DNA of 59,831 nucleotides from a virus (lineage: Duplodnaviria > Caudoviricetes). This document shows, piece after piece, positions 19,071-28,690 of the stretch. The notes below the pieces were generated by a model that was given only the letters and a program-made list of their open reading frames with translations, did not search any database and was not told the DNA's origin. The position numbers and the translations under genes are program-made. The DNA is taken from positions 1 through 59,831 of the IMG/VR virus record IMGVR_UViG_3300007345_000037. One strand, 5' to 3'. The stretch's first letter is position 1, and each line of letters begins with the position of its first letter.

Positions 19071-19988
19071 ATGGGAGAGAAGAACTCAACATACGACCCT
19101 ACTAAGGTCACTGACGAATTGTGCTTGCGCGTTAGCAAGTCTTCGTACACACAGTATGCTATGTGTCCTCGACAGTATTGGTGGAACAAGATTGCTTTGC
19201 CGGACTTGGAGTTCAAGTCCAGCGACGCCGCTATTCGTGGTACTGCTATTCACCAAGTTATGGAGGATGGGCTACGAGAAGTATCTTTGGACAAGGAAAA
19301 GTCTATTGGCACCAATACACAAATGTACAATGTGTTCAACAAACACGCTGTCGCTCAAGGCGTTGAAACCGAAGTCGGTGTTGACGCTCTTATTGAGATT
19401 CTTGGCGAGGTCGCTGATGCTTGGGGCCACTTTGAAATCGTTGAACTTGAAGACAAGCACACCATTCCCCACACAATCGAAGTCTTGGTGCCTAACGAGG
19501 CCGAGGATGGCGTCGATACTGTTTCCTACCCTGTGGAACTTGTCGGCATGATTGACGGCGTTTTCCGCCACCCCGACGGTCACCTTGTAGTTGTCGAATT
19601 GAAGACCGGCAACGCCAACCAAAGCAAGTTGTCCCGCACCCGTGGGGAACTGTGCTACTACCGGAAGTTGTTGATGTTGGCAGGCTACGACGAGCCGACC
19701 CACTTCTTGACCATCTTCCCCGACGCAGACGATGCCGAGTTCATGCTTAAGTTGGAAGGGAAAAGAAACACTGAATTGTTTTATGGTCTTTCACAGGGTA
19801 TCGCTGTGTACGAAAAAGTCAACAAGCGCAGTATCTCTGCTATGGAGAAGAAGTTAAATAACTCCGTACACGGCATTATGACCCAAGAGTGGCCTATCAA
19901 GTGGAACGAATACTTCTGCACCCAATGGTGTGACTTCCACTTGTCGTGCAACGAAGAACTTATTGGAGTGGACAACGATGAACTGTAA
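19071..19988 (+). CDS. Cas4/AddB-like PD-(D/E)XK exonuclease with Fe-S staple
   Basis: SKSS...CPRQY, RGTAIH, GMIDG, VELKTG and C-terminal C..WC....C. Solo gene with no other cas genes. Confidence 0.85.
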   Translation: MGEKNSTYDPTKVTDELCLRVSKSSYTQYAMCPRQYWWNKIALPDLEFKSSDAAIRGTAIHQVMEDGLREVSLDKEKSIGTNTQMYNVFNKHAVAQGVETEVGVDALIEILGEVADAWGHFEIVELEDKHTIPHTIEVLVPNEAEDGVDTVSYPVELVGMIDGVFRHPDGHLVVVELKTGNANQSKLSRTRGELCYYRKLLMLAGYDEPTHFLTIFPDADDAEFMLKLEGKRNTELFYGLSQGIAVYEKVNKRSISAMEKKLNNSVHGIMTQEWPIKWNEYFCTQWCDFHLSCNEELIGVDNDEL

Positions 19989-20115
19989 AAAGTGTGAGAG
20001 TGGAAGAATTAAGACAGAAATAATGTGGCGGGTCACCGGACAAGAAGGCGACTCTCCCAAATCAATCGAAGTACACAAATGTGAAGGATGCGGGAACCAA
20101 TGGACAACCTCTTGA
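19978..20115 (+). CDS. TFS/TFIIS-like Zn-ribbon microprotein (45 aa)
   Basis: MNCKKC...WRVTGQEGDSPKSIEVHKCEGCGNQW follows the layout of the TFS C-terminal ribbon. Confidence 0.55.
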   Translation: MNCKKCESGRIKTEIMWRVTGQEGDSPKSIEVHKCEGCGNQWTTS

Positions 20116-21107
20116 ATATGCCCCGTGAAATGGGTTTGAAGCGTAGTGCTTGCTCTTCTAAAAAACAACTAAAGGAGTACATAAATAAGTTGAATGGTAA
20201 AGCAAACCTTTACACTTCCTTGTACTCATTCCGTGACAAGGACGCTAATGCGCCGTGGAAGTATGACACTTCTTCTGCTATTATCGACCGAGCATGGTGG
20301 GACTTCGATGCTGGAAATAACGGCGGAATCGAGAAGGTCAAGAGTGAAGTATGTGTTCTTCTCTCTCGGTTGGCCGGAGATGTTAGAGTCGTGGCTACGG
20401 GTCGAGGGTTCCATATCCACCAACTGTTCTCCCGTTCTGTTATGGGCGGCGACTTCCACCGACATTTATCTCGCTATCAAAGATTGATGGCTGACGGACT
20501 CAAGACCCTTGATGGGGTTGCTTTCCCCGCTAAATTAACTCGCCTTCCAAACACATACAATGTGACCCGTGGCCGCTACGCAGTCGTCATTCCTCCGACG
20601 GCTTTGTTGGATGAGTCTTTCAAAATACCGAACAAACCACAGTCCTTGTGGGTTCAGTTCTGTCCCTTCTTTGGGGAACCAAACAACAGCGACTTTGACT
20701 TTGTTAAGTGGGTCGCTGACAACCCCGAACCAAAGGTTGAACTTCAAGAGTTCAATGGGGAAATCGAATTGGCAGGCGAAGTCCCAATCATGCCCTGTTT
20801 GCAGAAAGCGATTGCAGTTCAAAATCCGACACACCCAATCCGTGTGGCTCTTGTACAGCACATGGCTCAAGAACTACGCTGGTTTGCTGACCCAAAGAGC
20901 CTATCGAGGGAACAGCGAAAGTCAATTGAAGAAACGATTTTCCAATACATAAAATCGCTCAATTGGCGTGACTTCAACGAGTACCGGACTCGACAAGGTA
21001 TTAGGACTAATTTAAATTATGAAAACGCTCCATCCTGTCATTGGTACAACCTGCGTGGTATGTGTGAATCCAAGTGTTGGAAATATGACGGAACCATAGG
21101 TTCATAG
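20088..21107 (+). CDS. Archaeo-eukaryotic primase, PriS-PriL-like fusion
   Basis: AEP motifs WWDFD and TGRGFHIH, plus C-terminal MPCL...SCHW...MC..KC resembling the PriL Fe-S domain. Confidence 0.85.
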   Translation: MREPMDNLLNMPREMGLKRSACSSKKQLKEYINKLNGKANLYTSLYSFRDKDANAPWKYDTSSAIIDRAWWDFDAGNNGGIEKVKSEVCVLLSRLAGDVRVVATGRGFHIHQLFSRSVMGGDFHRHLSRYQRLMADGLKTLDGVAFPAKLTRLPNTYNVTRGRYAVVIPPTALLDESFKIPNKPQSLWVQFCPFFGEPNNSDFDFVKWVADNPEPKVELQEFNGEIELAGEVPIMPCLQKAIAVQNPTHPIRVALVQHMAQELRWFADPKSLSREQRKSIEETIFQYIKSLNWRDFNEYRTRQGIRTNLNYENAPSCHWYNLRGMCESKCWKYDGTIGS

Positions 21108-21111
21108 ACCA

Positions 21112-21849
21112 TTGGTAGGGTGGGACCAAGTAATGCTTCTAATCGACCATCGTGAAAATCCTAAATTGATTCATAAGTTGCTTGTGAAGATGGGTAATGC
21201 CGACAACGATGAAAAGGGTGATGCAAGGGTTCTCACTATGAAGTCCGCTGATTATGTCATTGGTGAATGGGGAATTGAGGCAAAAGAAATCAATGACCTG
21301 TATCGTAGCATTCTCGGTATCGGTCGCTCTCGGACCATCGTCGGTCAATTGAAAGACTTGTGCGACACATACGAACGACCGTTTCTTGTCGTGTACAATA
21401 CGGAACTCAAGCCGTGGTTCCACGGAAGGAGGGCCACCGCTAAAGAACTGTCGCAAGAGCGAAAGAAGATGGCGGCTGTGATTAACTCATTCAAAATGAC
21501 GATGCACCAACGCTTTCCCAACCTACACTTTTTACAGTTGACAACTATGGACGACTTCGTTGAATGGTTGTACACCAACCATCGGCAGAATGTTATCGCA
21601 AAAATAAAACCACCTAAAGCACACATACCGAAGCAAGTAATCAATATCGAGGACGACGACAGAATCAAGTGTTTGATGGCCTGCGGAATCAGTAGGGAAC
21701 AGGCAACTGCGTTGCTCACGGAGTATGGTAGTATTCCCGCAATTCTAAGAAAGAAGACTCGACAGAAGGATATGGTTGCCTGTGCGAATATCACAAGCAA
21801 GCAAGCCAAGAAGGTCTTAGCGTTAAGGAAAGACTACACCCATCAGTAG
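21112..21849 (+). CDS. ERCC4 (XPF/Mus81/Hef-like) structure-specific nuclease with HhH
   Basis: IDHRE, ADYVIG, IEAKEINDLYRSI and a C-terminal HhH-like GISREQATALL. Start is probably ATG 21133. Confidence 0.85.
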   Translation: MVGWDQVMLLIDHRENPKLIHKLLVKMGNADNDEKGDARVLTMKSADYVIGEWGIEAKEINDLYRSILGIGRSRTIVGQLKDLCDTYERPFLVVYNTELKPWFHGRRATAKELSQERKKMAAVINSFKMTMHQRFPNLHFLQLTTMDDFVEWLYTNHRQNVIAKIKPPKAHIPKQVINIEDDDRIKCLMACGISREQATALLTEYGSIPAILRKKTRQKDMVACANITSKQAKKVLALRKDYTHQ

Positions 21850-24800
21850 GGGTTAAGTCCGGTATCGCCAAGTCCCTTCATACTGTATCGTTGGAAGTTC
21901 ACCTTGATTGCGTGGATGACAAGTGACGAATACGATGCTGTGTCGTCACCCGTTCCCGGAGTTCTCTTCAACTCAATGTTGATAGTGTTGCCTTCGGTCG
22001 ATGCTCCCGTCAAGGTACTGCCTCCGAAGATTGCCACTGTTCTTCGGGTCGCTCCACCACTCAATGAGAAGGTGCGCGATATGGAGTTGCTTCCCAATTC
22101 TTCGGTTGCTGTCGCCGTTAGGACTGCCTTGCTACCTTGTACGCCGAGAGAGTAAATCGCAGTCACGCTGATAATCTCATCTGCAACATCGTCGGGTACC
22201 TTTACGGAAATGGTATGTGTCTGCGTATATCGGTCACTTGAGTCGGGGTCAACAATTCCTGTGAAGGTCATTCCTTCCGACGATACGACGGCTGTTGCTG
22301 ATGTGGCAGAAATGGCATCTCCCAGCCCATCTACGGCCCTTTGTGTGTTGAGGGGGGGTGCAACCCTTGCTTGACCAAGAAGGCCGTAAGAAGACCCGCT
22401 AACGCCGTTATTATTGAGGTTCATGCGACCGGTCATTCTCCCATGAACACCGGAGGCGAGCATATTGCTATTGATGGAAGAAGTAAATGTCCCACTTCCT
22501 TGATTGGGGAATCGCCCACCTTCTTGCTGTCCGGGTGTGACGGGGTTGGTACCTACGGGACCGCCTGTTGGTGGTAGCATTGGTGGTGGGGTTTGCGGTC
22601 TGTCGTTTGTACCCCCGTTTCCTACGGTACCACTTCCCGAACCTTGTCCACGACCACGGGCAACATTGGGGTAAAGATAAGACGCAAGTCCTCCGAGCGT
22701 TTTGGTTTGGTCACGCTCAAGGTTAAGGGAGAGTTGCTCCACATCTCGACCGCTGACCGACCATGTGACTTGTTGTATGACCATAGCCTCACTACTCAAA
22801 CCAAGTCCCGAATCTGTAAAGGTCACAGTGGTTGCTGGTCGCCAACGAACATCGGGAACGATATGGATTCGTGGACAGTAGTACACATTTCTCGCACCAT
22901 AGAGTCCCGACATACTATCGAATTTACGAAGCCCAAGAGGGAAGAGTGAATCTGCACTTGTCGCCGACCAAGCGGACGGGCCTGCTTCCGTTATGTTGTG
23001 AGCGTTGTGTAGGATGCCGGATGCCGTTGGGTCGCCACATCGGTGTCGAAGTAGGTCTTTGAGGTAATCCACATTTACGGAAATAGTAATTCGTGCGCCG
23101 GATGGTTGAGAAGCCCAATAGTTCGATGGGATTTCGATTTCGTAAAACCCGTTGCGCTTGACATTGACAGTCTTGAAAAACGCACTACCTGTCGAGTTGG
23201 CGTATGTCGGAGCGTAGCCCATATCCCCACCGCCGTTTGCTGTGAATAGGCTTGGCGGAGTGACATTGAAGGACGGGTCGGTGATACCGACTGTGAACTC
23301 GGCGTTATCAATATCCACCCCGCTTTGTCCGTCTTTTAGGGCAACCCAAATTCTCAAGTCGTCGGCACTGTTGTCGCTCGTCACAGGCATGTCCCTCGGT
23401 ATGTGGACAATACCGACAGCGTGGCTTACGCTGTGCGCTCCCCACCACCAATACGAATTGTCGTATGTGTGGGTAGTGTCTTTAGCCGTTGACGCTGGGG
23501 CTATGTAGCCTTTACCGTATCTATCGCGATTGAGATGGTCTGTACCGTCAACACCCAAATGTCCGTCGAGAGCGTTGCATTGACCGTTTGCCAACACACC
23601 ATTCATACCGGACCACTGTTGGTTGAAGTCGGAAGAAGGTGCTGGGTAGGCGGCCCCAAATGCGTACACCTGTGTGACACTTCTTTCTGCAAAACGAGTT
23701 GGGTCTGCGACATATCCGTAGCGACCGCCGACGAGCATTTTATCGTCATGCGTCAAATCTCGCATGATTTCTCCTTGTACCCTTATTGACTTTGTTTTTG
23801 CTTTATAGTATTCTTCTTGGGCCACGAGTTGCGCCTCTTCTTCTGTGCGTATTTCGGGACTTTCGACAATCTTCCATCGGTAGGTTTGATTGAGGGTAGG
23901 TGCTGGGAAGTCGGAAAAAGAGCCGCCGTTGGCATAATAGACTCGAACATTTGTTATCTGTTGGGCCATAGAAGCATCGAGTGAGTTGACAGTCATACTA
24001 TCCCTTGTCAATGCCTCGCCACTGTTGTATGTCGGTCGGATTTCTAATTTATTATCCCTTCCCATTTGGTAAGTCATACCCAATCTCTTGCTGTTGTCAC
24101 GACCTATGCCGCTTGACTCCGTTGACTCTCGGAGAATCGAGAGCAGTGATTTACCACCACGCCCGTCGTATATTCCACCAAACGAATCAAAGTCTGCGTC
24201 GGTTCCATCTCGTGTCATATTGTTGGTCTGTGGTATTGAGGAAATATCAAACCAGCAAGGACTTGCCGCTTGGGTTAGCCATGTATCGGAGAGCGTGAAC
24301 GCCCAAAGGAAACGAGCCTTGTCGTGTACCCAATAGGTTCCGAGGTTCGGACTTGTTGCATATCCTTCTGTCTTCATTAGGAAGCGTAGGGCATACCGTG
24401 GAGCCGCACTTCCGCTGATTATGACCTCATCGTAGGCACCGGTCGTTGTGCCTGCGCTTGGTAGGTTCACGGCTATTTCTGCGGTACTACCGTTGGCTTT
24501 GATAACCTCGTCCATTTGGATTCCTTCAAGTAGTTCTTCCGCCGCATCCCCTGTGTAGTTGGTAGCCGCATCCGACTGCGTGTAAATACCGTACAGTTGT
24601 TGTGGAATACTGATACTGTCGCTGATTGCCACATCAGTTCTCGTACTTCCTGTTTCGGCAGAAGGTAGCCCAACAATAACAATGGCTGTGGCGGTCACAC
24701 TTGCGATTTGGGCGACCCACTTAGCAGTCACATTTCGCACCCTCATACCGGCTTCGACCCCATCGTTCACGAAGTCTGCGCCGCTACAAGTAATTGTCAT

Positions 24801-27800
24801 TCCGCTACCGGAGGTTGCGCTCGTCGCCGCCTCCACAACACCGGTCGATAACTTGCCGTCGTAGGTGTACCAAAATATCTCCGTCGAAGGGTTCTGTCCA
24901 TCCGAATCCCGTGTACACTTAATTTTACCATAACCAAATGTAGGGAAGTCCGAAACCAAAGACGAGGATGGTTTGGTTTCAATCACAGTATCTCCTACTT
25001 CGATTGTTCGATTGAGTTCTGCGCTTGCGTTGACCCAGCGACGGAAGTTAGGGTTGAATCCGTATGGTGAAGCATTGTTGTTGTTGGTGCTTGTGGCTTG
25101 GACCCAATAATTGTCCATCAATACGGGGAAGCCATGATACTCGGTTTCGTATTCTCCGACGCTGATTGAACCGCCGCTTCTTTGGTTGAATGTACCCTTG
25201 TTGATAAAAGTATTGAGGTTAAAGAACTTTGAACAGTCGTACACCAGCAACGCTCCGGCCTGTTGGTCCCAACCTCGTAGGCTCGAAACCCGATGCTCGG
25301 CTTCCGCTTTTCGGACAAAGGGACCGGTCGCTGTGTATGCTTCCGTCGTAGTGTATGTGCTTGTCGAGCATGTTATTTCCTTTGTGCTACTACCTGTGAT
25401 TCCCGATATAGTGTGGATTCCGTCGTAATTATCACTGTTGAAGATAATCACTTTGTCACCAGCCGCCAAGTCCGATACTCCGGTGTCGCTGTTGAGAACT
25501 TTGAATTTTATACCTGTGCTACCGTCGCTTGCTATCGCTGTACCCGAATACCCATTGGTTATTTGGATTGTCGCTCCGCTACCGAGAGGGGTTGACCACG
25601 GTGCGTTTGTTGTCGGGTCAATGGTAGCGTCAAGTTCCCAAATATCCAAATCTTCTCCAATGTTCATGGAGATAAACGAATCGTATTCGCCTTGATTGTT
25701 GGTTTGGTCAGTGAAGGAGATTGAAACATTGTAGTTGTCTTTGACGGGCTTGAGTAATCCGAAAGACTTTTTGCGGAAGCCACCGTCTGCGTTAGCGTCA
25801 CCGTTGTTTCGCATATCGGCCCACTGCAACCAAAGGTGCTTGTAGTCCGTACCGGATGAAAGAGTGTACACATTCTCGCCGCTGGAATGGTCGATTGAAA
25901 GACCTTTGACTCCGACAAGATAGTGGTTGCCGTCGTCTGCTGGGCTGATGTACCCGTTGTAGGTGAAGGTGTCAACAAACCCTGCGCTGTTCACGACTTG
26001 ACCTACGCCGTGGCTTTCGGAAGAGTCAATGAATGACGAACTTACTTGGATAATGTCGGAGTCTGCTGTAAAAGAGGCTGATGCTGTTCCGGCATCAACA
26101 AATGAGAATCCATAAACCGCAAAGTGTTTCTTGAACCACGGCGACTTCGGGAGGTCACGCATCCAAATCGCGTGAGCGTCACGATGCGTTAGGTTTTCTG
26201 TTGTTCCCGAAATTTTACCTTGTTCAATGGTGTACTTTGCTGTCGAAAAAGTCACAGCCGTCAGTGGTCCGGTCGTTGTCAAAGTCTTAGCGTAAAAATA
26301 ACCATCCACTGTTTGAGTGGCAATAACCGTATGTACCTCGTCACGGAATGCACTACCGACCTGCGTTTCGCTTGCTGGGATTGTGACCAAATCACCGGTC
26401 GATAAGTATGAGCCGTCGTTGCGACTTGGTGCCGATGAAAAGCGTAGGTACAGGTAGCCGGATTCGGCACTTGTTCTTGGGGATGTTGATTGGTAGCCCG
26501 TGAAGTTCGCCGATGTTTCTGCCGTATAGGTCATACCGCTGATTGTGAGAAGTTGGCCGAAACCTGTCGGTCCCGAACCTACTGCGCTGATTGTCACGCC
26601 GTTCTCGTTGTGATTGTCAAACCCGAATAGGTCCGGTGTACTGCTTGTCGTGTAGGAGGTTCCAGCGTATCGCATAATGACCTGTGCGTCACCACTGCTT
26701 GTCGCTTGGGTGATACCGGCGACCTCGTACCCCAACCATCCATCTTCGACATTATTCGGTCCCGCCGCATCTTCGTTGTTGTACATTTGGATTGGGTGTC
26801 CCGAAAAAATGGTGGTGCGTTGCCCTTCAAGTTCTTTGTAGGAAGTCGAAGACTCAAAGCCGATAGACGGAAGACTGCTCTCCAATTGGGCCGCACCCAT
26901 AAACATTGTATCGGACAGCAAAGCCAACTCTTCCTTTCTCGCAAGAACTTGGTCGCCACTACCAAGACCGATTTGACCGACTTCCCAAGACGAAATCTGT
27001 CTGTCGAGAATCGAAAGAGAATCGCGAGCCGCTACTGTTATTTCCCTTGTTCTTGACGAAGCATCCTGTGCTAAAGAAACACCCTCGATGATACCGTTCC
27101 ACAGTGGTCGGTGAATGTTATCGTTGAACATCAACAACCGCCAATCTGTAATATCGTCGTTGAGGAACCACGGTGTCAAATTTTGTTCAGTGTCGTCGTC
27201 AAGTATTTTGATTGTTGCTGTACTGATTCCGTTCACCGGCATATCACAAGACCATTCTCCAACGGAAGACCTATCTCCACGATTGTCGGGCGTATCGGTC
27301 AACGGTCGGTAAAGAGCGAATCGGTCGATTAGTGTTGCGACAACACATTTGTTTGATGCACTACTGTTGGGAACAACAAACATTTCCCATCCCGTCAACT
27401 CGCTGGCCTTGAAAGCGGCGGAGGTGTCGGTATTGTTTGCCATAGCGTACCCTCCGTTGTCACCAGCAGTGTATGAGCCTGCTGTTGGGTTGGTGGCTGT
27501 CACTTCGGTCCCTTCGTGGTACACCTTGAACTTATTATTAGTGAAATCTAACTTGAAGTCTAAGTCGTACCACGGGTCGCGGTTTGGGTCACGCAAGTCC
27601 TGTTGTCCTAACCAATTAACATGGTAAAGACTTTCGTTCCCGCTTAGTCCTGTCCCGTCGTGAGGTACAAAAGTCCAATTGATTGCCGGTGTTCCTCCGC
27701 CTGCTCCGGTAGTACCGAATGTGGTTGAGGTTGGGAAGCCGACTTTCAAAGTGTATTTGACTTCCGCCCCCGATTCAACAGGGTCCGGGTTAGAAACAGT

Positions 27801-28679
27801 GGCATTTCCGAGCATCGCTTGGGAACACATACGGATTGTAAAAAAGTCACCGTCGGATTTACTGTTGAGATTAGCGGAGGATGCGATAACCGGTCGGTAT
27901 TGTCCGCTTGGTGCGACATTGTTGACTTGGTGTGCAGTGTCGTCTGCAAGATAGGTCGTGACAGCCAAGAATGTTTTTCCCGCATTACTTTTTATCGGAG
28001 AGAAAATTACTTCGGGAGTATCTTCGTAGGCTGTTGTTGCACCTGTCGTGGCGTTGTATGCGTTGCACTGAATCCTCTCACCCATCCATACACCTGTTAG
28101 TTGGGCGTGTTGCATAAAGTCGGGAAGTGTGCCGCTACTGATTCTGCCGGATTGTAGAGCGGGCCAATTCCGAGGATTCCAATTGTATTTTGTTGTTCGA
28201 CCGAAGGTGGGGTCGGTGTCACCGGAAGGAATGTAGTATCGGTTTGATGAATCGTAGGAAGACGACATGAGAAGGTAGGTATCGTCGCTGTTGCTATTGC
28301 CTGCTTTGTTGTATCTCACCCGATTAGCATTGACAAGAGTGTTAGGGTACTGTAATTGCGCTCTCCCACCCCAATTCTCGCCCTTTCCGAGCCGAATAGA
28401 GTCAAGGGTAGCCCAGCGAGAAATGCCGTCGTTAGAGGCTAAGTAATTGGTCGAATTTGAGAACTCGCTATTGTTGGCTCGGTCCCGAATACTCCATCGG
28501 TATCGAGGACTAAGCGTGGCTTCTCCGTTGAGAATGTTGCCGTGGTGGGTTTTGGTGGAGTCGTATGTCCCTGTGGTTGACGGTTGGTTGCCATCGTCTG
28601 CGATAACTTTGGAGCCGGACCAATCTTCGTAGGAGCCTGCGAGCCAAAACCCGTATTTGCTTGTTGCTGTTCTTGACAT
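21843..28679 (-). CDS. Giant tail-tip/baseplate (minor tail) protein
   Basis: About 2,278 aa, Ser/Thr/Gly beta-rich, immediately downstream of the tape measure gene. It has hub-like segments (WNGIIEGV...ITVAARDSL; QITNVRVY). Confidence 0.7.
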   Translation of the reverse strand: MSRTATSKYGFWLAGSYEDWSGSKVIADDGNQPSTTGTYDSTKTHHGNILNGEATLSPRYRWSIRDRANNSEFSNSTNYLASNDGISRWATLDSIRLGKGENWGGRAQLQYPNTLVNANRVRYNKAGNSNSDDTYLLMSSSYDSSNRYYIPSGDTDPTFGRTTKYNWNPRNWPALQSGRISSGTLPDFMQHAQLTGVWMGERIQCNAYNATTGATTAYEDTPEVIFSPIKSNAGKTFLAVTTYLADDTAHQVNNVAPSGQYRPVIASSANLNSKSDGDFFTIRMCSQAMLGNATVSNPDPVESGAEVKYTLKVGFPTSTTFGTTGAGGGTPAINWTFVPHDGTGLSGNESLYHVNWLGQQDLRDPNRDPWYDLDFKLDFTNNKFKVYHEGTEVTATNPTAGSYTAGDNGGYAMANNTDTSAAFKASELTGWEMFVVPNSSASNKCVVATLIDRFALYRPLTDTPDNRGDRSSVGEWSCDMPVNGISTATIKILDDDTEQNLTPWFLNDDITDWRLLMFNDNIHRPLWNGIIEGVSLAQDASSRTREITVAARDSLSILDRQISSWEVGQIGLGSGDQVLARKEELALLSDTMFMGAAQLESSLPSIGFESSTSYKELEGQRTTIFSGHPIQMYNNEDAAGPNNVEDGWLGYEVAGITQATSSGDAQVIMRYAGTSYTTSSTPDLFGFDNHNENGVTISAVGSGPTGFGQLLTISGMTYTAETSANFTGYQSTSPRTSAESGYLYLRFSSAPSRNDGSYLSTGDLVTIPASETQVGSAFRDEVHTVIATQTVDGYFYAKTLTTTGPLTAVTFSTAKYTIEQGKISGTTENLTHRDAHAIWMRDLPKSPWFKKHFAVYGFSFVDAGTASASFTADSDIIQVSSSFIDSSESHGVGQVVNSAGFVDTFTYNGYISPADDGNHYLVGVKGLSIDHSSGENVYTLSSGTDYKHLWLQWADMRNNGDANADGGFRKKSFGLLKPVKDNYNVSISFTDQTNNQGEYDSFISMNIGEDLDIWELDATIDPTTNAPWSTPLGSGATIQITNGYSGTAIASDGSTGIKFKVLNSDTGVSDLAAGDKVIIFNSDNYDGIHTISGITGSSTKEITCSTSTYTTTEAYTATGPFVRKAEAEHRVSSLRGWDQQAGALLVYDCSKFFNLNTFINKGTFNQRSGGSISVGEYETEYHGFPVLMDNYWVQATSTNNNNASPYGFNPNFRRWVNASAELNRTIEVGDTVIETKPSSSLVSDFPTFGYGKIKCTRDSDGQNPSTEIFWYTYDGKLSTGVVEAATSATSGSGMTITCSGADFVNDGVEAGMRVRNVTAKWVAQIASVTATAIVIVGLPSAETGSTRTDVAISDSISIPQQLYGIYTQSDAATNYTGDAAEELLEGIQMDEVIKANGSTAEIAVNLPSAGTTTGAYDEVIISGSAAPRYALRFLMKTEGYATSPNLGTYWVHDKARFLWAFTLSDTWLTQAASPCWFDISSIPQTNNMTRDGTDADFDSFGGIYDGRGGKSLLSILRESTESSGIGRDNSKRLGMTYQMGRDNKLEIRPTYNSGEALTRDSMTVNSLDASMAQQITNVRVYYANGGSFSDFPAPTLNQTYRWKIVESPEIRTEEEAQLVAQEEYYKAKTKSIRVQGEIMRDLTHDDKMLVGGRYGYVADPTRFAERSVTQVYAFGAAYPAPSSDFNQQWSGMNGVLANGQCNALDGHLGVDGTDHLNRDRYGKGYIAPASTAKDTTHTYDNSYWWWGAHSVSHAVGIVHIPRDMPVTSDNSADDLRIWVALKDGQSGVDIDNAEFTVGITDPSFNVTPPSLFTANGGGDMGYAPTYANSTGSAFFKTVNVKRNGFYEIEIPSNYWASQPSGARITISVNVDYLKDLLRHRCGDPTASGILHNAHNITEAGPSAWSATSADSLFPLGLRKFDSMSGLYGARNVYYCPRIHIVPDVRWRPATTVTFTDSGLGLSSEAMVIQQVTWSVSGRDVEQLSLNLERDQTKTLGGLASYLYPNVARGRGQGSGSGTVGNGGTNDRPQTPPPMLPPTGGPVGTNPVTPGQQEGGRFPNQGSGTFTSSINSNMLASGVHGRMTGRMNLNNNGVSGSSYGLLGQARVAPPLNTQRAVDGLGDAISATSATAVVSSEGMTFTGIVDPDSSDRYTQTHTISVKVPDDVADEIISVTAIYSLGVQGSKAVLTATATEELGSNSISRTFSLSGGATRRTVAIFGGSTLTGASTEGNTINIELKRTPGTGDDTASYSSLVIHAIKVNFQRYSMKGLGDTGLNPY

Positions 28680-28690
28680 TTTTCTCACTC

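Noticed and set aside
19071-19988. CRISPR adaptation Cas4
   Set aside because: It is a solo Cas4-like nuclease within a replication cluster, which is common in archaeal viruses. No cas1 or cas2 is present.
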